From the NCBI RefSeq assembly GCF_021028975.2, contig NC_059437.1:32612001-32676000 (forward strand): a DNA stretch of 64,000 nucleotides, read 5' to 3'. Below, in pieces: positions 25,295 through 37,634 of the stretch (positions within the stretch are counted from its first letter, which is position 1; each line of letters opens with the position of its first letter). The translations under genes and the position numbers were made by a program. The DNA comes from Sphaerodactylus townsendi. Lineage: Eukaryota. Under the pieces are notes generated by a model. The model was not told where the DNA came from, did no database searches, and worked only from the letters and a program-made list of their open reading frames with translations.

Positions 25295-25883
25295 CAGAGG
25301 TGGGATCCAGCAGGTTCTCACCGGTTCCCGAGAGTGGGTTACTAATTATTTGTGTGTGCCGGGAGGGGGTTACTAACTGGGTCTGCTTTTCCGTTAGAAA
25401 TTCCATTCGGTCCAAAAATTATAAAGTCCTGTTGTTTCCTATGTGGCTGGTTAGCGAAGGTAGAAAACGGGATAATTCTCTCTGTTGGGCTGTTTTAAAA
25501 ACATGTTTTAGAAATATGGTAAAGTTCCTTGTTTAAGGAAAGTATCCTTCTTTTGATTTCTAGAAACAAAATTAAGTATTTGAAAGTATCCAGTATTTGA
25601 CAGGCAGTCAGTTACAGGAGAAGTAGTTGTTTCTGTTGGCAGTAGACGATAGGACTCACTATCATGAGTTTAAATTATAGACAGAAAGATACCAGCTGGA
25701 AATTAGGAACTTTTTTTTTACAGTAAGAGTTTTTTTCAGTAACAGAGAAATTATTAATGCCCCGCCCCTGGAATACCCGGCCACGCCCCCATTGTGCCCT
25801 GCCCAGCCCCATTGGCGCTACGCCACTGTTTGAATCCCACCCCCATGGGAACCTGTTACTAAAATGTTTGGATCCCACCACTG
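25295..25883. mobile_element. Non-autonomous hAT DNA transposon
   Basis: TIRs CAGAGGTGGGATCC / GGATCCCACCACTG; perfect 8-bp TSD GCTTAGAC. Confidence 0.85.
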
Positions 25884-26519
25884 GCTTAGACTTGTGCTTG
25901 GGTTGAAATGTTAGTGCTTAGACTTCTGTCGGCTGAAATGAAGTGAGGCTGTCAGGACTTTGGATGGGACGGACACAGAGTTACCAACTCTGGCTTAGCA
26001 AATCCCTAGAGATTTGGAGACAGAGCTTGGGAACAGCAGAATTGGGGGACAAAAGGATACTCAGCCGGGATGTGTGGGTGTGGAGTTCACCCTCCAAAAT
26101 GGCCATTTTCTCCAAAGGAGCTGATCTCTGTAGTCTGGAGATCAGTTTTAATTCTATGACAACTCTGATCCCTCCCTGGAAGCTGCCACTGGGGCATCCT
26201 GGACAGAAGGGCTGGAGAAAGAAAGGTCCAGCTAGATAACAATGTGGCTGTGAAGGTCCAAGAGAGTCAGCAAGCCCAGCAGTGCTCATGGTGCAACACG
26301 GAGGAGGAGCAACACACTTGGGAGACCAAGCAGAGAGTCAGCAGTGTAGTATCTATTTAGATATTATTTGTATAGAAATGAATACACTGCTTTCCTCCCC
26401 AGTGAGAACTAAAGTGGATTACAAGTTTGTTCCCACTACTTTACAACAACCCTGTGAGGTAGGGCAGGATTTGAGAAGAGTGGCATAGCCAAGGTCATCC
26501 AGGAGGGATGCCAATCTCC

Positions 26520-26820
26520 AGCGTTGTATAGTGGTTACGAGCAGGTGCACTCTAATTTGGAGAACCGGGTTTGATTCCCCGCTCTGCCACTTGAGCTGTG
26601 GAAGCTTATCTGGTGAACTAGATCAACTAGATCAACTAGATCAACACATGCCAGCTGGGTGACCTTTGACTAGTCACAGTTCTTCGGAGCTCTCTCAGCC
26701 CCACCCACCTCACAGAGTGTTTGTTGTGAGGGGGGAACGGAAAGGAGTTTGTAAGCCCCTTTAAGTCTCCTTACAGGAGAGAAAGGGGGGATATAAATCC
26801 AACTCTTCTCCATCTTCTCC
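26520..26820 (+). mobile_element. Squam3-like SINE
   Basis: Same family; internal (CAACTAGAT)n slippage. Confidence 0.75.
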
Positions 26821-27916
26821 AAATAGTGACTAAAGATCTCCTGAGATTAAAATTGATCTCCAAGAGATCACCTGGATAAAATGGCTGCTTTGGAAAGTCG
26901 GCTGTATGGCATCATACTCCACTGAAGTCCCGCTCACCCCCAAATCCTATCCTCTCTAGACTCCAACCCCCCCCCCCCCAAAATCTTTAGATATTTCCCA
27001 ACCTGAAGTTGATGGTCCTATCATCCTGCCAGCAGTGAGGTTCATGGGGGATTTGAACCCACCTGTCCCAGATTTTAGTCTGACCCTGACTGCCCCAACA
27101 TGAAGACACGGCAGTAGAGCGGCGGTGGCAAATGAGGCTGGGTGCACATGCCTGAAATCTAAACGGGGAGAAGCAGTGCATTCTAAAAGCAGGTCAGGAA
27201 GGGGCCTTTCCCTGCTGGGCCCCGAAGCATGCCTGTTCAGCAGAGCCAGTGAGGTTAGCCACTTCCTCCCTCCGCCACCATGGATGATGTCCTGCTTTCC
27301 ACAAGGCATCTGCTGTGCACGTGAAGCGCAACGTGAGAGGAGCCATCGCCAAGCAACCACCAACATAACTCTGAAACCCCAAACCTGGCAAGGCTTGTAC
27401 TTTCGCTGAGTGTTACTCACAGCACAGAAAGAGGGGGGGTAGCACCCACGGGGGGCGGGGGTGAGCTTTAGCCTGCGGAGTCACAGTTTGGTGTGATTGA
27501 TTGCAAGGAAACAATGAAGGTGCCTATACATGGGACCCATTCACGGGTTAAAAAAAAAAACTTGGGGCCACCTTCAGATCAGATACCTTCCTATGTTCAG
27601 CCTGCCCTGAGTGCTTCCCTTTCCAGAACTGAGATGGGGAACAGTTTATTTACTACACTTCAGCTCAGAGCACCCTTCATCCATGCACGCTTCACTCCCT
27701 CCTCCACTTAATTCTTGCAACAACCCTTTGAAGTGGGTGCAACTAGGAGGGAGGGACAGCCTCCCAAACTTCATGGCAGAAGGTGGATTTGAACCTGTTT
27801 GGTCAAACGCTCTAATCACCACACTTCTGCTGGGATGACTGCCAGCCATGTGTCTCTAACAGCAGTGTCAGCAAGGGGTCCTCCGTGGCAGCTGTGTGTT
27901 TGTAGTACTGTTAGGA

Positions 27917-28061
27917 CATAGGTGTCAAACTCGCGGCCCTCCAGATGTTATGGACTACAGTGCCCATCATCCCCTGCCAGCATGATGAGCATGGTGCTGG
28001 CAGGGGGATGATGGGAATTGTAGTCCATAACATCTGGAGGGCCGCGAGTTTGACACCTGTG
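27917..28061. mobile_element. Short palindromic hAT MITE (GACTACAATTCCCATC family)
   Basis: Foldback structure; TSD TGTTAGGA/TATTAGGA; relatives at ~2554-2617, ~32585-32729, 40881-41019, 42040-42128, ~62420-62500. Confidence 0.75.
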
Positions 28062-28084
28062 TATTAGGAAGTGCAAAAACCTGA

Positions 28085-28290
28085 AGCTGCCGCCCTATAC
28101 TGAATCAGACTATTGATCCATTGAGGTCAATGTTTTCTACTCAGACTGGCAGTGGCTGTCTGGGGTGTCAGGGGAAGGTCTTTCACATCGCCTGAACCAC
28201 CTGACCTAACCCTTTTAGTTGAAGATGATGGGGATGGAACCTGGGACCTTCTGCAAGGCAAGCAGACGCTCTACCACTGAGCCACAGCCT
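28085..28290 (-). mobile_element. Second tRNA-derived SINE family
   Basis: Minus-strand head GGCTGTGGCTCAGTGGTAGAGC..CCCAGGTTC; diverged + strand relative ~51880-52090. Confidence 0.6.
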
Positions 28291-29136
28291 TTCTTAAAGG
28301 CAGGAGGCTTGTAGGTCGGCATAAATGACCATACTGGGGTACCTGGAAGAACTCAAAAGAGGTCAGAATTCTAGGTATTCCTTTGCACTGCTCCCTTTTG
28401 TTGTTTCAGCCATCTTGCATGAGAGACCTGGCTCAGGTCGGGCCTTGGTTCTGGAAGCAGCGGCTGAGCACATGCAGCCATTCTTCAATTCTGCTACGCC
28501 AGCCTCCAAAAACTCTGGGCTATTGGCCATGCTGCTGCTTCCCTAGTGCCCAGTCTCCATTATAACCCTTGTATGCATGTAGGGGAGAGGAGAAGGAGAG
28601 AGACAACATGCGTGCCCCAACAGCCTGTGATTGCTCAGTGCAGAACTTGGCTGTTGGGTGGAACACCATCAATGTTTTTTTCCCTGTATGTTGTTGTATG
28701 CCTGTTTCTAGCCTCATTGTCATCTTGGTTTATTCTCCTGTGCCATGTAAGTGTGACAGGAAGGAAGTGGTTGCCTGTGAGCTTGCCTGCATTTTTCCTC
28801 TGACAGGCTTCTGTGCCTAACATGCAGGAGTTCAGCAGCAGATACTTTTTTAAAAAAACTGCCTTTGCACCACCTGGTCTCCCAGGAGGTATCACCAACT
28901 GAATGCCTGCTGTGGAGCAGCTGCAAACAGGGACCCCCTCCAGGGAATAAAAATGGCACCCCCACTCATGAGGAATGAACCTGGAGACAACACAGTGCCC
29001 CAGACAGTAGAGAACGCTGAAAAGTAACTGGTCTGTGTGGAGTGAACTTGCCAATGTGCCCCAGACAGTACAGAATCTACCCAGTAAAACACTGGCTTGT
29101 GGAAGCAATTCATTTGTCATTCCTCACTCAGACCTG

Positions 29137-29422
29137 GAAGAGAAAGAAGAGGAGGAGTTTGGCTTTATACCCCACTTTTCTCTCCTGTAAGGAGACTCAA
29201 GGTGATTTACAAGCTCCTTTCCCTTCCTCTCCCCACAACAGACACCTTGTGAGGCAGGTGGGGCTGAGAGAGTTCCAAAGAACTGTGACTAGCCTAAGGT
29301 CACCCAGTAGAAGTGCGGGAACACATCTGGTTCACCAGATAAGCCTCTGCCACTCAGGTGGAGGGGTGGGGAATCAAACCCAGTTCTCCAGATTAGAATC
29401 CACCTGCTCTAACCACTACACA
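29137..29422 (-). mobile_element. Squam3-like SINE
   Basis: Same family as 57399-57705. Confidence 0.8.
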
Positions 29423-31728
29423 CAGGAATTGCACTGGGGCTTGTTCAGGGGCTTCAAGAGAGAAAGTTGTCATTCTGTGAAAGACTTGGAGACTTAAATC
29501 TCTAACTGTATAAGTGTATTGTATTGTATATTTAATTTATATACCACCCTCCCCCGAGAGGCTCAGTGTCTGCGTTTATGCTGACCAGTAATGAAAACTG
29601 ACCTGATCACTTCTCATCAAAGATGTTTCGGGAACAGCATGAGTGTTGCTTATACTGTGGGGTTGTGTCTGATGAGCATTTCTGATCCCAGGCGGTTCAA
29701 CTTTCTCAGCACCATCCATCCCTGGAGAGAGGCTGAGCCCTAACAGACTGGTGTCATGGTGTGTCATGCTGCTGAGCAAAGCAGAGATTAGCCGATGCTT
29801 CATTTCTACCTGGGTTTGGCTTCTGGCTCTTGGCACTGTTGGGCCAATAGAGTGGTCCTCATCCAAAGCCATCTTGCTATATATCCTCTCTATTCTGAAA
29901 GAATGTGTTCAAGACAATCTGGAAAAAATGTCCACTAGTGGGATTTGGGAAGACCAGAAAGATGTGGTTTGGGGGAGAGCATGGCTCACCGCTGTCTTTC
30001 CTCTGCACCTCCATAATACTTGCTCACCTTGTAATATTGTAAACAGAGATGAGTTTACTACTGAGTCACCCACAGCCTTGAACCGCCTGCTGCTCAAGGA
30101 AGAGTGAACCAGACATGTTGCAAGGGGGGAAACTACACACAGTGACCTTGTGCTCGAGGCTGACAATGCCGGCGTGACTTCAGGAAGTGATAGTCTGAGA
30201 CATATTCCTCTCCTGTCGTTCTGGGGAAGCAAGCAGATCCTCTTAAGAGTAATCCAGAAGAAGCCACTTCTCTTACTTGGCTGGGAAAGGGAAGAGAAAC
30301 CGCAACCTCTTTTCCCTTTCACACAGCACTGAGGGTGTCAGAGTTTCTTCCTTGTTCAGCATTTGTTGCCTCTCAGATGACAAATGTCACAAGACAGCAG
30401 GAAAATCCCATACAGGAATATGGACCACAGCTTGGCTAGCACTGCAATGGCTAGCTGGACAGCAGGCAGGCTTTTAGGGAGTGCTGGAGGCAGCTCTATA
30501 TGTGAGCCCTGCATTTTCTGTGCATGATCATGCACCTGGGCTCACACTGACAGCGGGAGTCATGTTTGAATTGCTGCTGAAAACTCAGGCATCACTGGCA
30601 GTGGGAACCCCCCAGCATCTGCTGTCAGTACCCTGCTGTATCTGAAGGTCATAACAGTCAAGGTGTATCTGGGTTACACCCAGACATTGAGGATCAAGGT
30701 AGCAACAGTGTTATGTACCTCAATTTTAATTATATCATCAGACAGAACAAAATCTAGGAAACAGGAGGCTTGTATGTTTTGCACTGCAATATGGGTCTGA
30801 TGTTCCTGTGGGGGGGACGGGACATTTCAAGGTCACGTTTCCTAGATTTAAGAAGTCTGGGGTGAAGGCCCTGCTGTTTGTTCTTACCCACCCTGACTCT
30901 TTCACAGGCCAGCCATTCTCAGGAGGGGCAGACTGAGGGCCCTTGGCAGAAAAACCCCAATGATCTTGGCTCTGTCTGCACAAAGCTTACTAGCAGATGA
31001 TCAACTGTTCCATTCCGAACTATTCCTCTGACATTTTAAAGATTGGGTCTAATTCATACATGTATTAAATACTGATTTACAAAAATGTGCACCTGTCTGC
31101 AAGGCTTCTGAGTGCAGCCTCTCTTTCTCTGATCCCCTAGTCTGAGCTCTCTCTGCCTCTCTGTTCAGACCATCACTTCAAATGCAACCTGCTCTCAAAG
31201 GCTCACTTGCTTAACAGATTTTTTTTTTGCCATAGCTGCCACATGGAGCTCAGATGGCTTTCTTCCGTCAGGCCCCAATGTTTGTATATTTGCACCAACC
31301 TTTCTGTTTGTTGTGGGAAGAGAAGGTGGGGTCAGAGCTCAGATCCTCTACTCTCCTCCTTGGTCTTTGCAGAAGAGTGATTTCACCGCCGAAGTATCCA
31401 GGGATGCTGCCTCTACGCACCCACTTGTTATGGTCTTGCATCCTGTCCCCTTATCCTGCTGGGTCACTTCCCTGCATTGTTTGGCTACCATTGTGCAAAG
31501 GAAGCTGAAACAAACCCTGAGAACCAGCCACAAGGATGCACAGAGCAACAGTGGTAGGGAGGAGGGAGGGGAGGATAAGAGGGCATCATCCCATCTCCTC
31601 CTTTGGGCTCTTGGTGGTCTCCACAGTTCTTATGCTGCTCCCTTTCCCCAATAAATGGTTTGAAGGTGATTTCAGGCACACACCAGAAAATCCAGAAGAC
31701 AGGACCTTTTGAGAGCCAGTGTGGTGTA

Positions 31729-32045
31729 GAAGAAGAAGAGGAGGAGGAGGAGGAGGAGTTTGGATTTATATCCCCCCTTTCTCTCCTGCAGGAGACTCAA
31801 AGGGGCTTACAATCTCCTTGCCCTTCCCCACTCACAACAAACACCCTGTGAGGTAGGTGGGGCTGAGAGAGCTCTGAGAAGCTGTGACTAGCCCAAGGTC
31901 ACCCAGCTGGCGTGTGTGGGAGTGTACAGGCTAATCTGAATTCCCCAGATAAGCCTCCACAGCTCAGGCAGCAGAGCTGGGAATCAAACCCGGTTCCTCC
32001 AGATTAGATACACGAGCTCTTAACCTCCTACGCCACTGCTGCTCC
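31729..32045 (-). mobile_element. Squam3-like SINE
   Basis: Reverse-complement full-length copy with (GAA/GAG)n tail. Confidence 0.8.
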
Positions 32046-32729
32046 AGACAGTACTCCCACTTATGCATGTTACTGATGCAAATGAACATATTTTCATCAT
32101 GCAAACTCTTAAACTGGCAGTCTCAAAGAGCGAGGTGAGTCGATATATGTTTTGCCCTTGAAAAATCCTAGCATGCAAACTGCCTGGGCAGCTTGAGGCA
32201 AAAGCCAATCAATCTCTGTCATCATCCTGCATTCAATAGCTGCCCAGATGTTCTAGGAAGTCTCCAAGGAGGCCTCAAAGACAGGAACCGCCTGACTGAT
32301 ATTTTCTCCAGCATCTCACATCCAGAGGTAGACTGCCTCGATACATGGAGTGCCTGCAGAAATATTTGGGCAGTACCTCCTCCTCTCTGTGTGTGTAAAG
32401 TGCTATCAAGTTGCTGTTGACTTATAGTGACTTCCGGTAAGGTTTTGAAGGCAAGTGATTAAGCTGAAGCAGTTTTCCATTGCCTGCCTCTGCAGGGTCT
32501 TCCCTGGAGGTCTCCCTTCCAAGACCAGATGAGATTGGCGCATACTAAACCATTCCACACCAGCTCCTCTGTAAATATGTCTAAGGATCTGCAACCTGCA
32601 GCTCTCCAGATGTTCATGAACTACAATTCCCATCAGCCCCTGTCAGCATGGTCAATTGGCCATGCTGGCAGAGGCTGATGGGAATTGTAGTCTATGAACA
32701 TCTGGAGTGCTATAGGTTCGCCACCATGG

Positions 32730-33083
32730 CCCTACAGGCTACTCTGTAAGCTGCTTTGGGTACCCATTGTGAAGAAAAGTTAGGCATAAATACATAAAAA
32801 TAAAACAAATTCAAAGCTTAACATGGGTAAACTGAGGGGATTCACTCTCGCATGGTATGATAAAGGCCTCTAGCACAGATGGCTTTAAAAAGGGTTCATT
32901 TAGAGTCCTCTAAATGAACCCTTTTAAAAGCCATCTGTACTAGCGGCCTTTATCATACCATGCGAGAGTGAATCCCCTCAGTTAAATCACATTAAGTTTT
33001 GGATTTGTTTTATTTTTATGTATTTATGCCTAACTTTTCTTTACAATGGGTACCCAAAGCAGCTTACAGAGTAGCCTGTAGGG
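32730..33083. repeat. 354-bp near-perfect palindrome (176-bp arms, 2-bp spacer)
   Basis: 32730-32905 is the reverse complement of 32908-33083 with ~11 mismatches and no indels (manual count). Confidence 0.95.
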
Positions 33084-34977
33084 TATAGTAGTTAGAGTCT
33101 TGGACTAAGATCTGGGGAAAACTTACTGGCCCTGGGTGGAAGCTTACTGGCCCTGGGTGACCTTGGACCAGTCTCTCAGCCTAACCTACCTTGCTGGGTG
33201 GTTGTTGTTGTGAGGAAAATATGGATAAGAGGAAAACAATGTAAGGCATTTTGGGAAGAAAAGTGAGGCATACATGAAGTAAGGAAACATACACCTCACT
33301 TTCTACTTTTCCACTTTATCCCACAACAAAGGAAGATCAATCTGAGAGAGAATACCAGGCTCAAAGCCACCCAGTCAGTTTCCATGGCAGGGCAGGAATT
33401 CGAATCTGGGTTTCCCAGAATCAATCTGTCACTTTACCCATTACTTGTACAGTCTACAAGCAACAATTTCTCAGAGTGGCCTGGGCTGATAACAACCTCG
33501 GTGTTGCTCCAGAATGGCAACTCTTTCATAGGGCTGTGTGTGGGTGTGTGACGTTTCCCTTCCCCTGCATGTCACCCCACCACACTGCTTCTATTTTGGC
33601 ATTTCCTCTTTACAAAGTTGCTTCTCAACAACATGTAAACAGAGGAGAGAGTGGTACCAAGGCAGAGGCCTGAGAGTCAGTCATGTGTCCCAGTTCTGTT
33701 TTTAGGTCATGATCATCTGAGTGTTTCCTAGAAACCAAGATTGGTCAAGAAACAAGAGCAGACAAGACAGCGGACTTGCAACCTTTCTCCTATTTTCCCC
33801 AGTCCCCATTTTAGCGAGGCAACAGGAAGCAAAGCCCGAGAGCCTCTGTTAGACAACAGGGAAACCAAGTTAGATTTCTTTGTTATTTGCTACTTTGTCT
33901 ATAAATATATCTCCTGTACATGTGATGTCCCACTGCATCTGATGAAGTGAGCTTTGATTAATGAAAGCTCATGTGGGACTTCATTTTTTAAAGACATTAC
34001 TGAAGTCTTGTTTGGTTTTGCTTCCAGAGGTTAGCATGGATCTCCCTCTGGAATAACTAACCTCATTTCTGGCATCTGTGAGATGGTGGCTTGGTGCCCA
34101 GAGATATGTGGGGTACCAATTCCAAGGCTTGGAAAGCAACATTACAGGGCCAGAGAATGTTGGTCTGGCCTCCGCAGGCATGATATGCAGAATTTGAGTG
34201 AGATGCCAATGCAGGCAGGAGAAGATGCAGGCAAAAGCTGTCTGGATGATTGACTTGTGTAAGAAAAGCATGGAGGAACAGGAGCATATTTAGCCTAGAC
34301 AAAATGAAATTTAAAAAAAAGTGAAATATGTTGGCAGCTTTCTGACTTTTAAATGGCCATCACAGAAAAAGGTGGAAACAATAGTTTATCTGCCAGAGAT
34401 AGAACACCTAAAGGGTTTCAGATAAAGAAAAGTAGGCTAAAGTTAAACCTTGTGGTGAAATGTTCCCATTGCTTTGGGACTGAAAAGAGCCAGTGCAAAC
34501 ATGCAAGCAGGCATTTTAGACACCCTCCCCTGGGCCAGACCGAGCACAGAATGCCCATAGAAGGATCACTTATTTGAAAGTCCCCCTCAACCTGGGGGGG
34601 GGGGGATTGACAAGGGAGAACTAGCCCAGCCGCTGCCTTGAGCAAGGCACTGATTGCCCTGATCCCATGGCAGAAGATCCTCTGAGAATTGAGCTCTGGT
34701 TTGAACTCATCACCTCCAAGAGCCTTCACGTTCCCAGTGGCTAAAGCCAGTGCCTGCATAGTTAGGCAGTCTGGGTCTGAATGACATAACGTCAGCAGGA
34801 GGGTGCTGATTTCAGCTCCTTGGTTATTCGTCTGATGTGATGCTGCCAGGAAGTTACAAAATGTGATGAGTAAGACTGCCCCCCATGACCTATACAGAAG
34901 GAAAACATTTCGTTAAAATCTTTCATATACTAGAAGTGTGCCCACCCATTCTCCAACTGTGATGTCACCTTCTAGAG

Positions 34978-35163
34978 CAGTGGTTCTCAACCTGGGGGTC
35001 GGGACCCCTTTGGGGGTCAAACAACCCATTCACAGGGGTCGCCTAAGACTCTCTGCATCAGTGTTCTCCATCTGTAAAAAGGATAAATGTTAGGGTTGGG
35101 GGTCACCACACCATGAGTAACTGGATTAAAGGGTCGCGGCATTAGGAAGGTTGAGAACCACTG
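34978..35163 (+). mobile_element. Non-autonomous SPIN (URR1-like) hAT transposon
   Basis: TIRs CAGTGGTTCTCAACCT / AGGTTGAGAACCACTG; subterminal sequence matches recalled URR1/SPIN ends; imperfect 8-bp TSD TTCTAGAG/CTCTAGAA. Confidence 0.8.
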
Positions 35164-35865
35164 CTCTAGAAGAGCAACTTTTTACCCAGTTATCAGGTGC
35201 AGAAATATCCAGGTATGGTCCAGCAAGTGACACACCCATCCTGCTGAAGCTAAGCAGGTCTGGGTCCAGCTGCTACCTAAATGGGAGGCATCTTGAGATT
35301 TCCCTGACAAGGAGAATCCAGCTCAGATATGTTGCCACACAGTCTGAAGTATGTAGGCACAGGAAGATGGTTTCTTATCTGACTCTTCTTCCCATAGATC
35401 TGCTGAATTTCTGTAGCTATGGTATTTGTGACATTATTTTCAAAGGTGGCCATTTTCATCCTCTGTTGAGCTCTGTGAGACTGGAACGTGGTTATTTAGT
35501 GTAGTTATTTAGGCCCATCAAAATCTTTGTACTCTTCCAGCTCCTCACTAGGCATTTCATGCACTCACACAGCTCGCGTGCAAGATATGGAGAGTAATCC
35601 TAAGAAGGTCTATTTATTCATTTATCCCCTGCCTTTCTCCCCAGTGGGGACTCAAAGACCTCCCCTCCTCCATTCTATCTTGCAAGGGCCCTGTGAGGTA
35701 ACTTACACTGAGAATGTGTAGCACCCAGCAAGATCCCATGGTAGAACAGGGATTCCAAGCCAGATTTCCCGGATTCTAGCCTAAATAACTATACCGACAC
35801 TAGCCTAAATAACTACGCTGATGGTAAATGATTTCAGGGAACAAAATCATAACGCTGCCTCTTTT

Positions 35866-36025
35866 TGGTTGTTGTGGGTTTTCCGGACTGCGTGGCTGTA
35901 GTCTGGTAGATCTTGTTCCTAACATTTCGCCTGCATCTGGAACACTATCTACCAGACCATGGCCACACAGCCCAGAAAACCCACAACAACCAGCTGAATC
36001 TGGTCGTGAAAGCCTTCGACAATAC
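35866..36025. mobile_element. Penelope-like element terminal remnant (inverted arrangement)
   Basis: GGTTGTTGTGGGTTTTCC..CTGGTAGAT / ATCTACCAG..AAAACCCACAACAACC plus GTGAAAGCCTTCGACAA; opposite-orientation copy at 44032-44181. Confidence 0.6.
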
Positions 36026-36482
36026 ATGGCCTCTTTTTTCAGGTGGCAATAAAGCTCAGCGTTTAGAACCTAAGGGTGTAAAAGGATTTAAAACGGTGTA
36101 AAAGAGTTTACGCCGCTGTTTTTGGCCCATGCGGAATCACGCTCTACACGCTAAACACTCCAACTCCAGTCTCAGTCCCAGAAAAGGACTGCAGCGTTGC
36201 TCCGCGCGAGTAGGCTGCAAAACAGAACCACGGCCAACGACGAGCCGTCGAGGCACAGATTCCTGCGCGAGAGGAAGCAGCACCGGAGGACGCGGCAGGT
36301 ACAAGCGCGAGCAACTCGTGGCGAGGGAGAGGCAGGAGAGTGACGGGCGCGTGCTGCGGCACGAGCCCTAAAAATCGCCACGTCGCAGAGCCGGCTGCTG
36401 GCTGGGCGGGGAGGTCTCCTCTTCCTCTCGCCAAAACCTCAAGCCCATGACGTGATGCGAAAACGGGAAAAGAATCAGTCTG

Positions 36483-36496
36483 GCGCCATCTAGAGG
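36483..36496 (-). promoter_or_regulatory. Candidate CTCF site
   Basis: CCTCTAGATGGCGC on minus strand. Confidence 0.6.
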
Positions 36497-37620
36497 TCAC
36501 GGGTGTTAGTGTCGCATATGAAAGAGATCTGGATATATTTTGATATGGACCGATCATTGATATGTGGGTCTGGATGTCATCGTGAGGCCCCCCCAGGCAT
36601 GTTTTTCCCCCGACCTCAGCCTCAGTCTCCTTTCTGTAAAATGGAAACAACCGCAACCTAATTAACAGTGCTTTAATGAATGAGAAGGGGTAGTTCACGT
36701 CAGGTCCTCCAGGCATCCCCTTGGGGATCGGCGTGATGTCCGCACCAGACGCGACAGCCAAACGCTTCTTGCGATGGGGAGGACGAGGTGCAATAAACGG
36801 GCGGACCCTTGGTGTCTGCCTCCGTTTTGGGGGTGCCAAGACCCCGCAAAGCGGTGCACCATAATGAGGCAGAAATACAGAAGCGCTCACATGATGAGAG
36901 AACATCTGTCTTTGTTTTAAATTCGTTTATCAGCTGTCTTAACCCAAACATTCCGGCAGCCGTCTAGAGGCAGACTGTAAACTGTCATCTGGATCCCACT
37001 GGGATGCGCGGAAACGGAGGCGCCATAACTGCAGCACGAGAGAACGGAGGCTCGGCGGGGGCAGAACAGACCCTTTTGGAGGCAGCGGCTCTCCCAGTTC
37101 GCGCAGACCCCGAGAACCTTCCCGAAGCCCTGGCCACTGCCCTGCAAAAGCTCCCGGGCTGGGGGCGACCACTGGGCTGCTGGCTGCGGTCAGTCCCCTG
37201 CATCCGAGGAGAGGCACATCGGAGGGGAAGTGGTCCTGTCCAATGCAGCGCCCAGTCACCGCAAGCCCCTCCGAGACCTGGTCCCCGGCCGAAGATATTG
37301 CGGGGAGGCCGACTGACTGGCTGCCCACGGCTAAACTGGCCAGATGGCCTACGCGCCTTTTCAAACTCTCAAAAATCCTTCGGGCAAGCCATCGGACACC
37401 CCCTCCGTTTCTTGATCGCCAGCCAGGCTATTGTGGACTACTACTCGTTGCATGCAATTCAGTGGGTCCCTCTGTTAGTCACAGCGTAAAGACGAAACCA
37501 AGAGAAAGATTAGAACACAGACCCTGTCGCGGTGAAAACAGCGGGACGCCGCTGGCACCTGGAGTCCCATTTCGCGCGGTTTCTCTTTTTTGACACTCGA
37601 GGAAGCAACGCATAGTGCGA

Positions 37621-37634
37621 CCAGTAGGGGGCGG
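37621..37634 (+). promoter_or_regulatory. Candidate CTCF site
   Basis: CCAGTAGGGGGCGG matches the core consensus. Confidence 0.6.

Noticed and set aside
36144-37489. 253-aa (-) and 161-aa (+) ORFs
   Set aside because: CpG-island composition effect; no homology or splice structure recognised
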